Shown: piece after piece, positions 1-11,897 of the stretch
Layout of the letters: every line of letters starts with the position of its first letter
How positions within the stretch are numbered: position 1 is the first letter of the stretch
Position numbers and translations under genes: made by a program
Assembly: GCA_951804945.1 (NCBI GenBank)
Contig: OX638163.1
Coordinates: 36,208,001 to 36,272,000 of the forward strand
Source: Podarcis cretensis
Taxonomy: Eukaryota
Direction of reading: 5' to 3'
Length of the DNA: 64,000 nucleotides
Notes under the pieces: model-generated
Database searches by the model: none
What the model saw: only the letters and a program-made list of their open reading frames with translations
What the model was told of the DNA's origin: nothing

Positions 1-1
1 C

Positions 2-2484
2 AGCACACCTGCAGCCACCCTGTCAGACCTGCTGGAGGTGGTGGCAGGCTGGGCCTTGGAGTTCCCAAGCCTACTGGTTTTGGGAGACTTCAACGTCCAT
101 GCCGATGCCGCTCCCTCCTCACAGGCTCTGGACCTAGTGACTTCCATGGCAACACTAGGGCTCTCTCAGGTTGTTTTGGGCCCCACTCATCAAGCAGGCC
201 ACACGCTGGATCTGATCTTTGGGGCTGGCATAGATGTGATCATGCTCCCTGCTGTGGAAGTGCCATGGTCTGATCACTACGCTCTGAAAGCCAAGATTGA
301 CTTCCCGCTCCTCCCCGGCTCGGGTGGCGAACCTATTTGGGCTCGTCCGCAAAAACTGATGGATCCTGATAGATTCCAACGAGCCTTGTGGAACCCTGCT
401 CCTCCTGGCGACTCATTAGATGACCTTGTTGAGGACTGGAATAACCGGCTCTTGGCAGCCATTGATGAGATCGCGCCTAAGCGCCCTCTGCGACCCCGTC
501 GAAACCAGGCCCCTTGGTTTACTGTGGAGCTCCGGAAAATGAAGTGGGATCTCAGACGGCTAGAGCCAGTATGGCGACGGACTTGTGACGGAGCCTCAAG
601 AACATCTTATAGGACGCTTATGAAAGCCTATGAGATGGCTATGAAAGCTGCTAAGAACTCTTACTTTGCAGTTTCCATTGCATCCACTAGCTCTCGCCCG
701 GCACAACTTTTTAGAATAATTAGGTCAATAACGTCCTTAGGAGGACAACCAAATTTAAGCATAAATTCGACCCACAGCTGTGAGGCATTTGCGAGTTTTT
801 TTGCGGAGAAAGTCCTATTGCTCCGCCGTGACCTCCCTGCCAATTTAGATACAGTGACTGAACTGAAGGCCCCTCGACTGACTTCAGGTCCAGTGTTGGA
901 CCATTTCGATCGGATACTCCCTACTGATGTGGATAGATTCTTCCAAGTTGGTAGGCCCACCACCTGCCTCCTTGATCCGTGCCCGTCTTGGCTGATTAGG
1001 GAGTGTCCAGATGTTGCGCGGACCCCCCTGGTTGAAATTATCAATTTGTCCCTTGACACGGGGACATTCCCAGGGGAACTGAAGGAAGCAGTGGTGTGTC
1101 CACTCTTAAAAAAAAACTTCATTAGATCCCTTAGACCTATCCAATTACCGCCCAGTTTCAAATCTTCCATACCTGGGTAAGGTAATTGAGAGAGCGGTTG
1201 CTGAACAGCTTGGTAGGTTTCTGGAGGAAACATCGGCATTAGATCCATTTCAGTCCGGTTTCCGTCCTGGTTTTGGGACGGAGACGGCTCTGGTTGCCCT
1301 AACAGATGATCTCCGTAGACAACTGGATCAAGGTGGGTCAGGACTGCTGATCCTTTTAGATTTGTCAGCAGCCTTTGACATGGTTGATCATGATCTTCTG
1401 AACCACCGCCTCACAGACGTGGGGATACAGGGCATAGCCCGTAACTGGTTGTGCTCTTTTATCTCTGGTCGGGGACAGAGGGTGGCACTAGGGAGGGAAA
1501 TGTCGTCGCGCCACTCCTTGGTGTGTGGAGTGCCGCAGGGCGCAATTCTCTCCCTGATGCTTTTTAACATCTTTATGCGCCCCCTTGCCCAGATTATCTG
1601 GAGCTTTGGGCTGGGCTGTCACCAATATGCTGATGACACTCAGCTCTATCTGCTGATGGATGGCCACACCGACTCGACCCCGAACACACTGACCAGATGC
1701 TTGGAAGCTGTGGCTGGATGGTTTTGTGGGAGCCGATTGAAACTAAATCCTTCGAAGACAGAGGTCCTATGGCTAGGTCGGGATGGCATGGGGATGAGGG
1801 ACCAACTCCCTTCTCTTGCGGGGGGCCCAATTAGTGCCATTGCCTTCCGTTAAGAGTTTGGGTGTAATCCTTGACACCTCCCTTTCCATGGAGGCACAGG
1901 TTACAGCAACAGCCAAGGCGACATTTTTCTATCTTCGCCGCATCAAGCAGTTGGTCCCTTACCTTTCCCGCCCTGACTTGAACACAGTGATCCATGCGAC
2001 GGTCATCTCCAGGCTTGACTACTGTAGTTCGCTCTACGTGGGGCTGCCCTTGAAGCTGTCCCAGAAACTCCAGCGGGTACAGAATGCTGCAGCAAGGCTC
2101 CTCACGGGGTCTCTGCCATGGGAGCATATTCACCCAGTGCTTTTCAAGCTGCACTGGCTCCCGGTGGAGTACAGGGTCAGATTTAAGGTGCTGCTTTTGA
2201 CCTTTAAAGCCCTTCACGGCCTAGGACCCTCGTACCTACAGGACCGCCTCTCCTGGTATGCCCCATGGAGAGCCTCAAGGTCCATAAATAACAACACCCT
2301 AGTGGTCTCAGGCCCTAAGGAAGTTAGATTGGCTTCAACCAGAGCCAGGGCCTTTTCAACTCTGGCTCCGGCCTGGTGGAACGCTCTGCCTCATGAGACC
2401 AGGGCCCTGCAGGATCTGATTTCTTTCCGCAGGGCCTGTAAGACAGAGTTGTTCTGCCTGGCCTTTGGCTTGGAGCTAATTTGA
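2..2484 (+). pseudogene. L2 ORF2 (endonuclease-reverse transcriptase) broken only by two +1 homopolymer frameshifts
   Basis: ORFs 38..1180, 1362..1853 and 1816..2484 join into one frame if one A is removed from A9 (1108-1116) and one G from G6 (1820-1825); no in-frame stops seen. Confidence 0.9.
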
Positions 2485-2696
2485 TTCCCTCCCTCCCTCT
2501 CTCTCTCTCTCTCTCTTTTTTTCTTTTCCTTCTCCTCCTGCGATGAGGCTACATTTTAATATTTTAATGTTCCATTATTTTAATGTTGTATTTTATTTTT
2601 GTTTTTAAGTTTGTAATCATTCATCTTGTTTTTATTATTGCTTGTAAGCTGCTCTGAGCCCGGCCTTGGTTGGGGAGGGCGGAGTATAAATAAAAA

Positions 2697-2697
<1 letters not shown>

Positions 2698-2749
<52 letters not shown>
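2698..2749 (+). repeat. (TTA)n microsatellite, tail of the L2 LINE
   Basis: About 17 TTA units directly after the L2 3' end. Confidence 0.95.
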
Positions 2750-2751
<2 letters not shown>

Positions 2752-3020
2752 GCAGGACCACTTCTACCTTTAGATAGGCATGGGGCTGCTCTTGCTTAGC
2801 AGCCTAATCCCCACCACCACCCTACTTCCCAAGAGTATCTTTGCTTTGAGAATATGGCCTGGCAGGGAAAGTTAGGGAACAAGCTCCTGATTTGGTTCTG
2901 GATCTAAGACTAGGCTAGAACCAGTGCACAGCCCTGATGTAATTCAGGCTGAATTTTATTTATTTTTTACAAGAAAAGAGTATGAGGCCATGAGCAGATA
3001 GAGAAGTTCAGAACTCACTA

Positions 3021-3249
3021 CACTGGTACCTCGGGTTAAGAACTTCATTCATTCTGGAGGTCTGTTCTTAACCTGAAACTGTTCTTAACCTGAGGTACTG
3101 CTTTAGCTAATGGGGCCTCCCACTGCCGCTGTGCCGCCACCACTGCACAATTTCTGTTCTCATCCTCAAGCAAAGTTCTTAACCCGAGGTACTATTTCTG
3201 GGTTAGCGGAGTCTGTAACCTGAAGTGTATGTAACCCAAGCTACCACTG
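3021..3249. mobile_element. Tc1/mariner-pogo(Tigger)-type MITE, family with CAGTGGTACCTC TIRs
   Basis: Degenerate TIRs CA(c)TGGTACCTCGGGTTA ... TAACCCAAGCTACCACTG, TA on both sides; same body as 13940, 33724 and 44065 copies. Confidence 0.85.
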
Positions 3250-4295
3250 TATCAGTTCTGGCAAAGCTGAGGAGCAGGAAGCGATCCAGCAACACCAGGG
3301 ATGAAATAAGGTAGGAACAAGATGAAATGCTTAATCTATGAACTTCACATAGAAGGTGCTTTCTTGTATGCTGGCAAACAAGGGAGTTGAATACTGGAGA
3401 AGGGCTGTGGCCAATCAAATAGGAAAGGCATGGAGTTAGGCAGGTGTCTGGTGAAGCTGTTTGGGATGTCAGAGGGCTGTGATTTTCAAGAGCAAGCAAT
3501 AGCTCTAACTTATCCCTGGAAGTGTTTCAGTATGAACATCCTGTGGCTGGTGATCTTGACACAGATAATTGGCACAAGACTCACTGTCTCCACCACACTG
3601 CATTTAGGTAATATCTGTTGCATCCTTTACAATGCAATTCCTAAGCAACTAAAATACTTTAAGGACTTCTCAAGAGAGCATTGGCTAGGTTTTACTCATC
3701 TGATTTTCTAAAATGAACTCCAGTAAAGCAGTTTCAAGCAGGTAACAGAAGGTGCTTTCTAAATGAAAACACAAAAGAAAGCAAGTAATTACAATGTAAA
3801 ACTTCAATGTTCCCAAGGTAAGGATGAATAGCTATACATATTCAATTGGTGACTAAGTGCGCAGTGACAGAAATTGCCCAGTAGGTGCCAGCCTAAGCTA
3901 ATTGAGCTGTGCAGAAATTTTTATCAAACCCATTGAAGTCCAGTGGGTGTGGGTGTGTGGCGGGGAAAATGAATCAAAGAATAAAGAAAAGGTGTAGATG
4001 GCATTTAACTGAAGTATTAATAGCACCTGCTTCTCCAGATTTCTTTACAAGAGAAGCGTAGAGATCTAAAAGGCAAGAAACAAAAGGAGAATTGATAGCA
4101 CAGCTGCTATTTAGCACTGTTGGAAATGAAATTTAAAGGCTAATTCGGAGAATCTTGCTTGTGCAAAACATTTGAGTAATTCAGATAAAAGCAGAAGAGA
4201 GAAAAATGCAAACACATTTTTCTCAGGATGTCAAGGTGAAAGTTCCTGAATGGGACTTAGAGGAAATCACCAATGTTATTTAGCAGGACAAATGG

Positions 4296-4778
4296 TGTTG
4301 TGAGTGGCAGTGGTGGGGTAGGCTGTGTGCCTGAGTCTCTTTTTAATTCCTGGATCCAGCAAGGATTCAATTGCTGGAAAAGTCAGGGCAGCTTCTTCGT
4401 AACAGCCTTAGTTCCAGAGGGCAAATAGGTGGCTGGGAGTAAGAAGGACAAAAAGCTAGGAGTGAGAAAGACAAAAGCCAGAGTTGTATGTGAGAGCTGG
4501 AAGTTGACAGGCTGTAGGGTGAGCAGCTGAAAGACAGAGCCACGCCTGATTTCTGCTGGGATCCAAGGCTGCGGCTACTGGAGAAGCTAGACCTTACTGG
4601 GGTGCTAATGCTGTTAGTCCCGCCATCGTAGGATCAGGTTGCATATGTGTAAATAAACCATATAACCTAAAGACACCATAATCTCCATTGTCTTTCATTT
4701 TGAGGAAACTGGACCCTGGGTAAACAGCTGGAGCCCCTGAAATTTCGCACCATTCAGAGATTGGGGTGGTGTGCAACA
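4296..4778 (+). mobile_element. Probable solo LTR
   Basis: TGTTG...CAACA inverted termini, ~480 bp, AATAAA at ~4651; TSD poorly preserved (ATGG/ATAT). Confidence 0.5.
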
Positions 4779-4984
4779 ATATTGAACATATGCAGGACTC
4801 CCCTTTGATAGCATGTACTCCAAAGATGTACTTGTGCCAAACTATTGGTGCAGGCATCTTATAGTTACTACCCTGGTCTTACATTATAGAATCAGAGCTG
4901 AAAAGGATCCTAAGAATCATTTAGTTACATCTAGCATCTTCATAAATATCTCTTTTCCCAGTTCAGTCCCACTACTTAAAGAAA

Positions 4985-5180
4985 GGACTTTAGCTCAGCA
5001 AGAAAGCATATTCTTGCATGCAGGTCTCAGCCTCAATAGCATCTCTAGTTTTTGATCAGGCAGCAGGGTGTGCCAAGCACCTCTGCGTGCAACCTGGGAG
5101 ACCGAATACCAGTCACAGTAGGCCCCCCTTGGCTAGATGGACATGCAGTCTAACCTAATCTAAGTTACCTTCTTGTGTTT
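4985..5180 (+). mobile_element. Degenerate tRNA-derived squamate SINE (same family as the host of the BovB at 41760)
   Basis: TAGCTCAG head, GCATGCAG, and GCTAGATGGAC...GTCTAAC tail resemble the reverse complement of 41708-41759/43205-43345. Confidence 0.5.
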
Positions 5181-6379
5181 GAAATTCAAGTTACTTGCAT
5201 TTTTAGTATCTTAATGTCAACTGTGTAACTCTGCGTGGAATAAATTATGCACAATACAACTACATTCCTGTTTATTGCACAGATGGTGATTCCCCCCCCC
5301 CCCCCGGTCTATCAAAGAAATATAAAAAATACCTCCTTCTGTCATGCTGTGCTTTAAAATCGAACGTCCTGCTAAATGTCTGTGTGGACTCTCTGTTGGG
5401 GAAGGATATCAGAGTCCAAGACATGCGAACCTAGCACTGGTTTCTGTTCTGCGATTATTTAGTAAAGCATTCAAATGTAACACACTGAGGTTGAGCCTGT
5501 TGGTGGCAGCAATAACTTACCTTTAATTTCTCATCAGCGGCATTTGGAAACACACACACACACAAAAACCAGTTGTCATGCCATCCACTGATGACTTGCT
5601 TTGATGCAAAAGCCCTTTCGTGAGCTACATGTTTGAATACTGTGCACTGATTCCTTCTCCAATACATCTCAGAATTCAAATTTAAAAATAACACCCTTGC
5701 TCTGAGCAAATAAGTGTGCCAAGGCTTTGTATCGGACTGAACAATAATTGCTTATTGATAGCTGTGAAAAATAGATATGAAAGCAACTTATCTGCAGCAA
5801 TTGCAGCAATGGCTCTTCAGTGTTATTCAGAGGCAATGCTGCCTCATCCAGTGGACAAAGGGAGAATTCGATTTGGACAGTGGAAGGCTGCATATATTAC
5901 ATGGAGTGACTAGTCGCTTGTATGTTCCTTTGGAGTCCTGTCTTCATAAAGCATCAGGAATGTTTTCTATTGTACCAGTTAAGGTGGGAGTCATTTGACC
6001 GAAATTATCATTTCTATGCTCCCATCATTTTGCCATCAGTCTCAGGCCTTCTTATCAACACCAGTTGATTGTGGGAAATTAAAACGGCAGTACCTACCCT
6101 CAATGTCATGATGGGGCATTATATGGAATTGCAATGGCCAAGCACTGACAGGAGCACTGCCTGCCACTATAACTGCCTCTAGGTCAGAGATGGGAAATAT
6201 TTTCCATTCTGAGGGTTACATCCTATTCTGGGGAACCTTTGGAGAGCCACACGATTCCCAAGAGGCAGAAAAAAGAGGCCAGGATGGCTGTATTTGTCCA
6301 CCCTGGCATGCAGCTCCCCAGCCCTGCTTTAGATAAAGGGCTGTATCCAAAGTACAGCTTAGTTAAAGTCAGTTAACAG

Positions 6380-6432
6380 TCTTCTTCTTCTTCTTCTTCT
6401 TCTTCTTCTTCTTCTTCTTCTTCTTCTTCTTC
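6380..6432. repeat. (CTT)n microsatellite
   Basis: About 17 CTT units; source of the poly-Lys in ORF 6369..6593. Confidence 0.95.
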
Positions 6433-6603
6433 TCAAATGGTTTGCACTGGTGGAACATTGTTGCACAAGAGAGTGCATAAGCAAATTGCTGGTAAGTATG
6501 TTTCACAATATGTTTCACAATATGTTGCACAATAAGTTTCTGCTGGTGCAGGAGTTGCACTGAATTTCTCTTTTCCACAACACAAAGCGTCATTAGTCAA
6601 CTA

Positions 6604-6854
6604 CAGTCATATCTTGGTTCTCGAACAGAATCCAATCCGGAAGTCCGTTTGACTTCCGAAAACGGTCAAAAACCAAGGTGCGGCTTCTAATTGACTGCAG
6701 GAGTTTCCTGTGCTCAATTGGAAGTCATGGCAGCCATGTCAGACATTCGGCTTCCCAAAAAAGTTCGCAAAATAGAACACTCACTTCTGGGTTTGTGGCA
6801 TTCAAGAACCAAAACGTTCGAGAACTAAGCTGTTCAAAAACCAAGGCATGACTG
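6604..6854. mobile_element. Tc1/pogo-type MITE (CAGTCAT...ATGACTG)
   Basis: TIRs CAGTCATATCTTGGTT / AACCAAGGCATGACTG with TA TSD. Confidence 0.85.
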
Positions 6855-7072
6855 TACTACAAAAGCTCTTGCGCTAGCAGGCAGTGAACACTGGATATAG
6901 CACAAAACATTGCTTAAAAGCACATTTTATATGTATATGATTAAATACATATTTTAAATACACATCCAAATAACATCTTTGTACATTTTTTAAAATAAAA
7001 TAATTCACTGATGCAAAAATGGGATTGAATATACTTTTGAACACATGTGAAATAGACTGATCTAGCCATACT

Positions 7073-7293
7073 AAGTGCAAGTAGATAAATAGGTACCGCT
7101 TTATAACGGGAAGGTAAACGGCGTTTCCGTGTGCTGCACTGGTGCTGGCTTGCCAGAGCAGCTTTGTCACGCTGGTCACGTGACCCGGAAGTGTCTCCGG
7201 ACAGCGCTGGCCCCCGGCCTCTTAAGTGAGATGGGCGCACAACCCTAGAGTCGGACACGACTGGCCCGTACGGGCAGGGGTACCTTTACCTTT
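7073..7293 (+). mobile_element. Sauria SINE, 5'-truncated
   Basis: AAGTGCAAGTAGATAAATAGGTACC core, BovB-like GAGTCGGACACGACT, (ACCTTT)n tail; 10-bp TSD TAGCCATACT (7063-7072, 7294-7303). Confidence 0.93.
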
Positions 7294-8896
7294 TAGCCAT
7301 ACTTATGTGCGGCAGTTGCAGTATCTGAATGCTTCTTTATGTTGGGGGTGAGGAGGGCACTTAACCTCTGTGCATGCATAAAACCACAGCACACAAGGAA
7401 GAATGTCTGCATCTCAACATGATCTCTGCTATACTTGTTTTGTGCTTGCAAAGAATTTGGTACACAAGTGAAGGACATTCAAAAGACATTATTCTTCTGC
7501 CTATACTTTGAAGTGCTACAATTCATTCAACTGCTTCCCTCCCCTTCCCTTTTCATTTCCCTGAATGAGTAGGCCAGTCCTAAGAGTCAGGCTATGGAGT
7601 GAATGAAGTTGGAGGGAAGAGTGGGAGGGAGAAGAAGCTAGTGTTGTTTAACCTTATTCTCATTTGACCTTCACAACAAATATTGTTCCTCCTAAGTTGT
7701 CCTACTTTCCACATCCAGCTGCCTTACATTTTTGACTTGAGGAAATTATTGCTTAATATGAACCACCAATTCATTGGCAACTAAATGTGTGTGTATGTGT
7801 GTGTAGTGTGGAGATTAGTGCTGCAATTTCAGAGGGCAATTTCGGGTGTCCTCTAATGCCTGACACAAGAAAATCCTGCTGTCATCCGGACATTTCAACA
7901 GCTTTTGCAATTTGCTCTTATGTCGTCTGATAGCCTATCTTTCTCCAAAGACACTCTTATACATTTGCAGAGTCTGAAAGGCAGAGAAACAGTCTGAAAG
8001 GCAGAGAAATATTCTATACTCTGAAATTAAGTTGCTGTCTTAGTCCTAGACCATAACATAACATAGCATAGAAAAGAGATAAGTGACAGATCATGTGATG
8101 CTATGGTTTATTGATATACTGCTTTGGGCCAAAAGGGGCCACATAAATACAAAAGAGAGATACAATATAAAAATGCAACAAAATAATCAATGCAATATAA
8201 CATTGCAAAACCACCAACTACACACCTATCATACTGGATATACATCTTGTTCTGCAAAGCAATTGCCCAGTAGGTATGCCCTTCCAAAACCTCTTTAATG
8301 GCAGTCTCCAAATATACAGGCTTCCCTTCTGGAAACCAACTAAATTTTTGGCACTGAGAATTGTTGAAAAATAAAGCTTCACCATAACCAGAAAAGATCG
8401 TGAAAATATAGGCTGGGGGGATATGTAACCAATAATATATATAATGTGTTTACAGAAACAATAGGGTATTTTGCTGGGTGGGGGGTTCTCCCATTTCTCA
8501 GTCAAACAAGTCTCACCTGTCTGAAAGCTATAGAATGTTGGGGTTCTCCATGATCATGAAGAACCTTACCATAAAAGAAAAGAAAAAAAATCAATCTCTG
8601 CACAAATGTGTTTATCTTTCTCAGAGCAGAAATATATCTTCTGGGTAGACTTAAATTAAAAAGCAATCTCTTTTTAATTCATGTACAGAGTCTCATCTCA
8701 CACTCCAATGTGATAGAAGAGCTTCTGAGGATAATTACAAGCTGGATAAATTCCTATTTTGACCCAGGCAAATATGAGCTTTGGAAACATTGATATTTTC
8801 CCCTGCCCCTTGTCACAATCTAGCCCACATCTCCAGAGAGGTACAGTTTGATTGGAGATGGCAGTAAGATTTGGAATCCGGAATTCTAAACATTTA

Positions 8897-9252
8897 AAGG
8901 GAAAGGGAAAGGGACCCCTGACCATTAGGTCCAGTCGTGACCAACTCTGGGGTTGCGGCGCTCATCTCGCTTTATTGGCCGAGGGAGCCAGCGTACAGCT
9001 TCCGGGTCATGTGACCGGCATGACTAAGCTGCTTCTAGCAAATCAGAACAGCACACGGAAATGCCGTTTACCTTCCTGCCGGAGCGGTACATATTTATCT
9101 ACTTGCACTTTGATGTGTTTTCAAACTGCTAGGTTGGCAGAAGCAGGAACCGAGCAATGGGAGCTCACCCCGTTTGTGAGGATTCGAACCGCCGACCTTC
9201 TGATCGGCAAGACCTAGGCTCTGTGGGTTAACCCACAGCGCCACCCATGTTC
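8897..9252 (-). mobile_element. Sauria SINE, full length
   Basis: Pol III A box (TGGCGCTGTGG) and B box (GGTTCGAATCC) on minus strand; 11-bp TSD CTAAACATTTA (8886-8896, 9253-9263). Confidence 0.95.
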
Positions 9253-9314
9253 CTAAACATTTACTGGGGAGTAAATCCTTTCAACAACAATGGGACATCC
9301 TTCAAGCACGGCTG

Positions 9315-9700
9315 AATAGAAATGTCAATTTCAATTTCTCTCAGTTTCTCGGTTTTTTCAAGTTTGTCCTATTTCTGTATTAACTATTTATTTGTTCGTT
9401 TGTCACATGGATTGTCATGCTTATTCATCCTACTCTGCACATTTTATATGCAATTCCCTCAAATATGTGCAATTTGAAACTGATTTTCCCTAAATAGTTT
9501 TTGCACACTATAGTGACTCATATACAGATTTGTGAGTGCAATCTCTCTCAGTGTATCAAGTTATAGGTATGCTATTTGATTTTTGGTCAGAGAACCGCAT
9601 CCTGAAATTCAGAGATGTGTGAATTTCTGCCTTTGGGATTCACAGGGTGGTTTGGCAGTGAGAATTTGATAGGCTTGTATTAAAATGAGAACCAAATAAA
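9315..9700. repeat. Old AT-rich dispersed repeat, unclassified and probably MITE-derived; related copies near 18160-18560, 20860-21400, 56500-56620, 60480-60700
   Basis: Shared TCAATTTCAATTTCTCT..AGTTTCTC segment (9326, 20865; reverse at ~18495) and repeated ATGCATTTT motifs; boundaries approximate. Confidence 0.5.
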
Positions 9701-10958
9701 TCTCTTTCCTTAGAATAATTACAGATAGGATTGCACAATGGGTATTTTCACAAAGTCAAGGATGTTGTGCAATGATAAAAGGAGATGATCATGAAGAGTG
9801 CTGAGTCCTAATTATTCTCTCATTTATTGTGATGGCTGTCTGTCTATTGCACAACTTAAAAAACTAACCTTGGGAGAACTTTATTGCAAACATTTCCATG
9901 AAGCTGCAATTGATATGCATTTCAATATGGGAGCTTCAAAGTGAGGTCTGATGTTTTAATTCTGTGTGACATTTGAGAAATAGTGCAGTCGGAAAGTGAT
10001 TTCCCCCCTCTCAACAAATATAGGGAGTGTAATATTAAAGATTATATTCTTTTGGTGGAAGCTAATAGTACTGTTACCATGGTGCACTTATTCCTTTAAT
10101 TTCATGTAAATTTAAATTTTATGATGTTTGCTTCTCCGAGATTATATAATCCCTTTTTTATTGAAAAGAATCACAATTATGCAAATGATGATATCCAAGG
10201 AGACAAGTCGCAATTAACTGTGAAAGACAGGCTGTTACCGTAAGACATTTATTCACACTGAACAAAACAGGGCTTGCTTTAAAATAAACCTTCCTCTAAA
10301 AGAAAGAAATCAATTTGGCATAGTCTTTTAAGGGAGACATTTCTCTCAGACAAAAGTTTGCAGTCTTGGTGTATTAATGTCATTAGTTTTTAATACCTTG
10401 TGCTCCAATGCATCAGTCTTTCCCTTTGTTCAGTTAAAATAATATAAAACAAAACTCCAATGATGGTAATTGTGGCTCTGATAATCTGGTTTACACTTAA
10501 CAATGACAAGCTGGTGTATACACCTAACAGTGGATATGTGTCCACATTGTCACATAGGTGAAGACTGACCTTCATGAAAACATTTTTCTTCCCTTAAAAT
10601 TCTCAAGATTGCCAAATTTGCCCCATGATTTCACATTTGGATAGAATTTGAAGGTTCTCTTTTAGGTACTAGTGTCCCAAGCCATTTAGGGATTTATATA
10701 CTAGTATGAACACATTGAACTGGTCCTGGTAATTTACTGGCAGCCAGGGCAGTTCGTTCAGACCCAGTGATGCATGGACCCATCAGGCTACCACTTTTAC
10801 CAACCCAGCAGCTGCAATCTGCACTAGGTGCAGCTCATGGGCCATCTTTAAGTGCAGCATCATTGCCAAAGGGCAACACATTACAGTACCCTAAGCAGGA
10901 GTATGGTTAACTGAGGCCAGGCTATCCTAAGCATAAGTACTCCTAGCCACTCCAGTGA

Positions 10959-11897
10959 CAATGACCGCTCCCCACTTAAAACGGGGGGCGCCTTTTGCGT
11001 GGACACGTGCAGCCCTGGATCTGGAGTGGCCCCATCAGCATAGGCTTTGCCTTCCCTCAGGTGGGATACCTGGAGGTCCCCGCCTACCCCAGTGAGTTGT
11101 CCAATCCCACCTGGGGGAAGTGTTGCCAGGGAAACCAGGCCAGGTAAGGGGAGGGATTACCTGCCCACACAATAGAGTGAGTTGTCCAATCCCACCTGGG
11201 GGAAGTGTTGCCAGGGAAACCAGGCCAGGTAAGGGGAGGGATTACCTGCCCACACAATAGAGGGTGGATCTTACTTGTTAATCCTCACTTGGCTCCAGAG
11301 CTTCTCCCACCCTACCCACCCTCAGTTAATGTCTTCTTTTGCAGGTTAACTTTTCTTCATAGGTTTTGCAGGTTAACCTCTCCACAGGTATGCGGGCGCT
11401 GCTACGATAAGGTCGCTGTTAAAGGGCCGGAAAGGAATTTCCCTGCATTGGCAGGTTTCGCCTTTCCCGTAGCAAAACGTCACAACTTTGGCGGTATCAG
11501 GCCTTGGGCGGAATCCTTTAGTCCATCTTCCTCTTTGCGGCGGCGATACCAGGGTTCCCCGTTAAAGGGGTTTTTGAAGGGAGGCTTTGGCCGTACGCCG
11601 AAAGGTCGTCATTGCTCTCCCCTGCGGCGGCGTAACGGGGGCGGCTATCTCTGCTTGAACATATGTTCTCCAGAGCCGGCCCATCCCCTCCACACACACT
11701 GGATAACCCTGATGCTCCCTAGGTCCCCGGCTGGGGACTAGGGAGGGAGAACGCCCAATGCCTGAGCCAAGGTCTACCCACATTTGAAATTTAATAAAGT
11801 TGTGGCCAATTTAATCCCATAGCACGTTGTCTAGAGTCGTTATTCCACATGACGGGGGGGACCACTCGGGATCTGGGGACTCCGCCTGTCCACGCAA
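10959..11897 (+). mobile_element. Solo A-B terminal-repeat unit of an Ngaro-type tyrosine-recombinase retrotransposon
   Basis: GGTCGCTG..GGAATTT..TTCGCCT..CGTAGCAAAACGTCACAACTT..GCGGTAT matches the reverse complement of A2 (35892-36000); AATAAAGTTGTGGCC and terminal CCACGCAA match B; inserted into L2 at a CAA core without TSD. Confidence 0.8.
11091..11260. repeat. Perfect 2 x 85-bp tandem duplication inside the Ngaro A repeat
   Basis: 11091-11175 is identical to 11176-11260. Confidence 0.95.

Larger units (their letters stand above)
1..2749 (+). mobile_element. L2-clade LINE, young and near-intact; 5' part runs off the window edge
   Basis: APE endonuclease motifs (LGDFN, GHTLDL, WSDH), RT motifs (NYRPVS, DLSAAFD, GVPQG, QYADDTQL), L2-type C-terminus (LHWLPV, AWWNALP), 3' UTR ending GGAGTATAAATAAAAAA(TTA)n. 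Confidence 0.95.

Noticed and set aside
661-1248. 195-aa minus-strand ORF
   Set aside because: Antisense shadow of L2 ORF2; no independent protein features.
5455-5709. Minus-strand ORF with a good donor-like AAG|GTAAGT at ~5521
   Set aside because: Contains a (TG)n microsatellite; no recognisable protein or partner exon.
6369-6593. ORF with poly-lysine tract
   Set aside because: Artefact of the (CTT)n microsatellite.
7971-8010. 20-bp tandem duplication AGTCTGAAAGGCAGAGAAA(C/T)
   Set aside because: Ordinary slippage duplication with no further structure.
9170-9252. tRNA-like A/B boxes
   Set aside because: These are SINE heads, not tRNA genes; the same applies to the other SINE copies.
11205-11741. 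178-aa ORF
   Set aside because: Lies in GC-rich Ngaro terminal-repeat sequence; no domain motifs.
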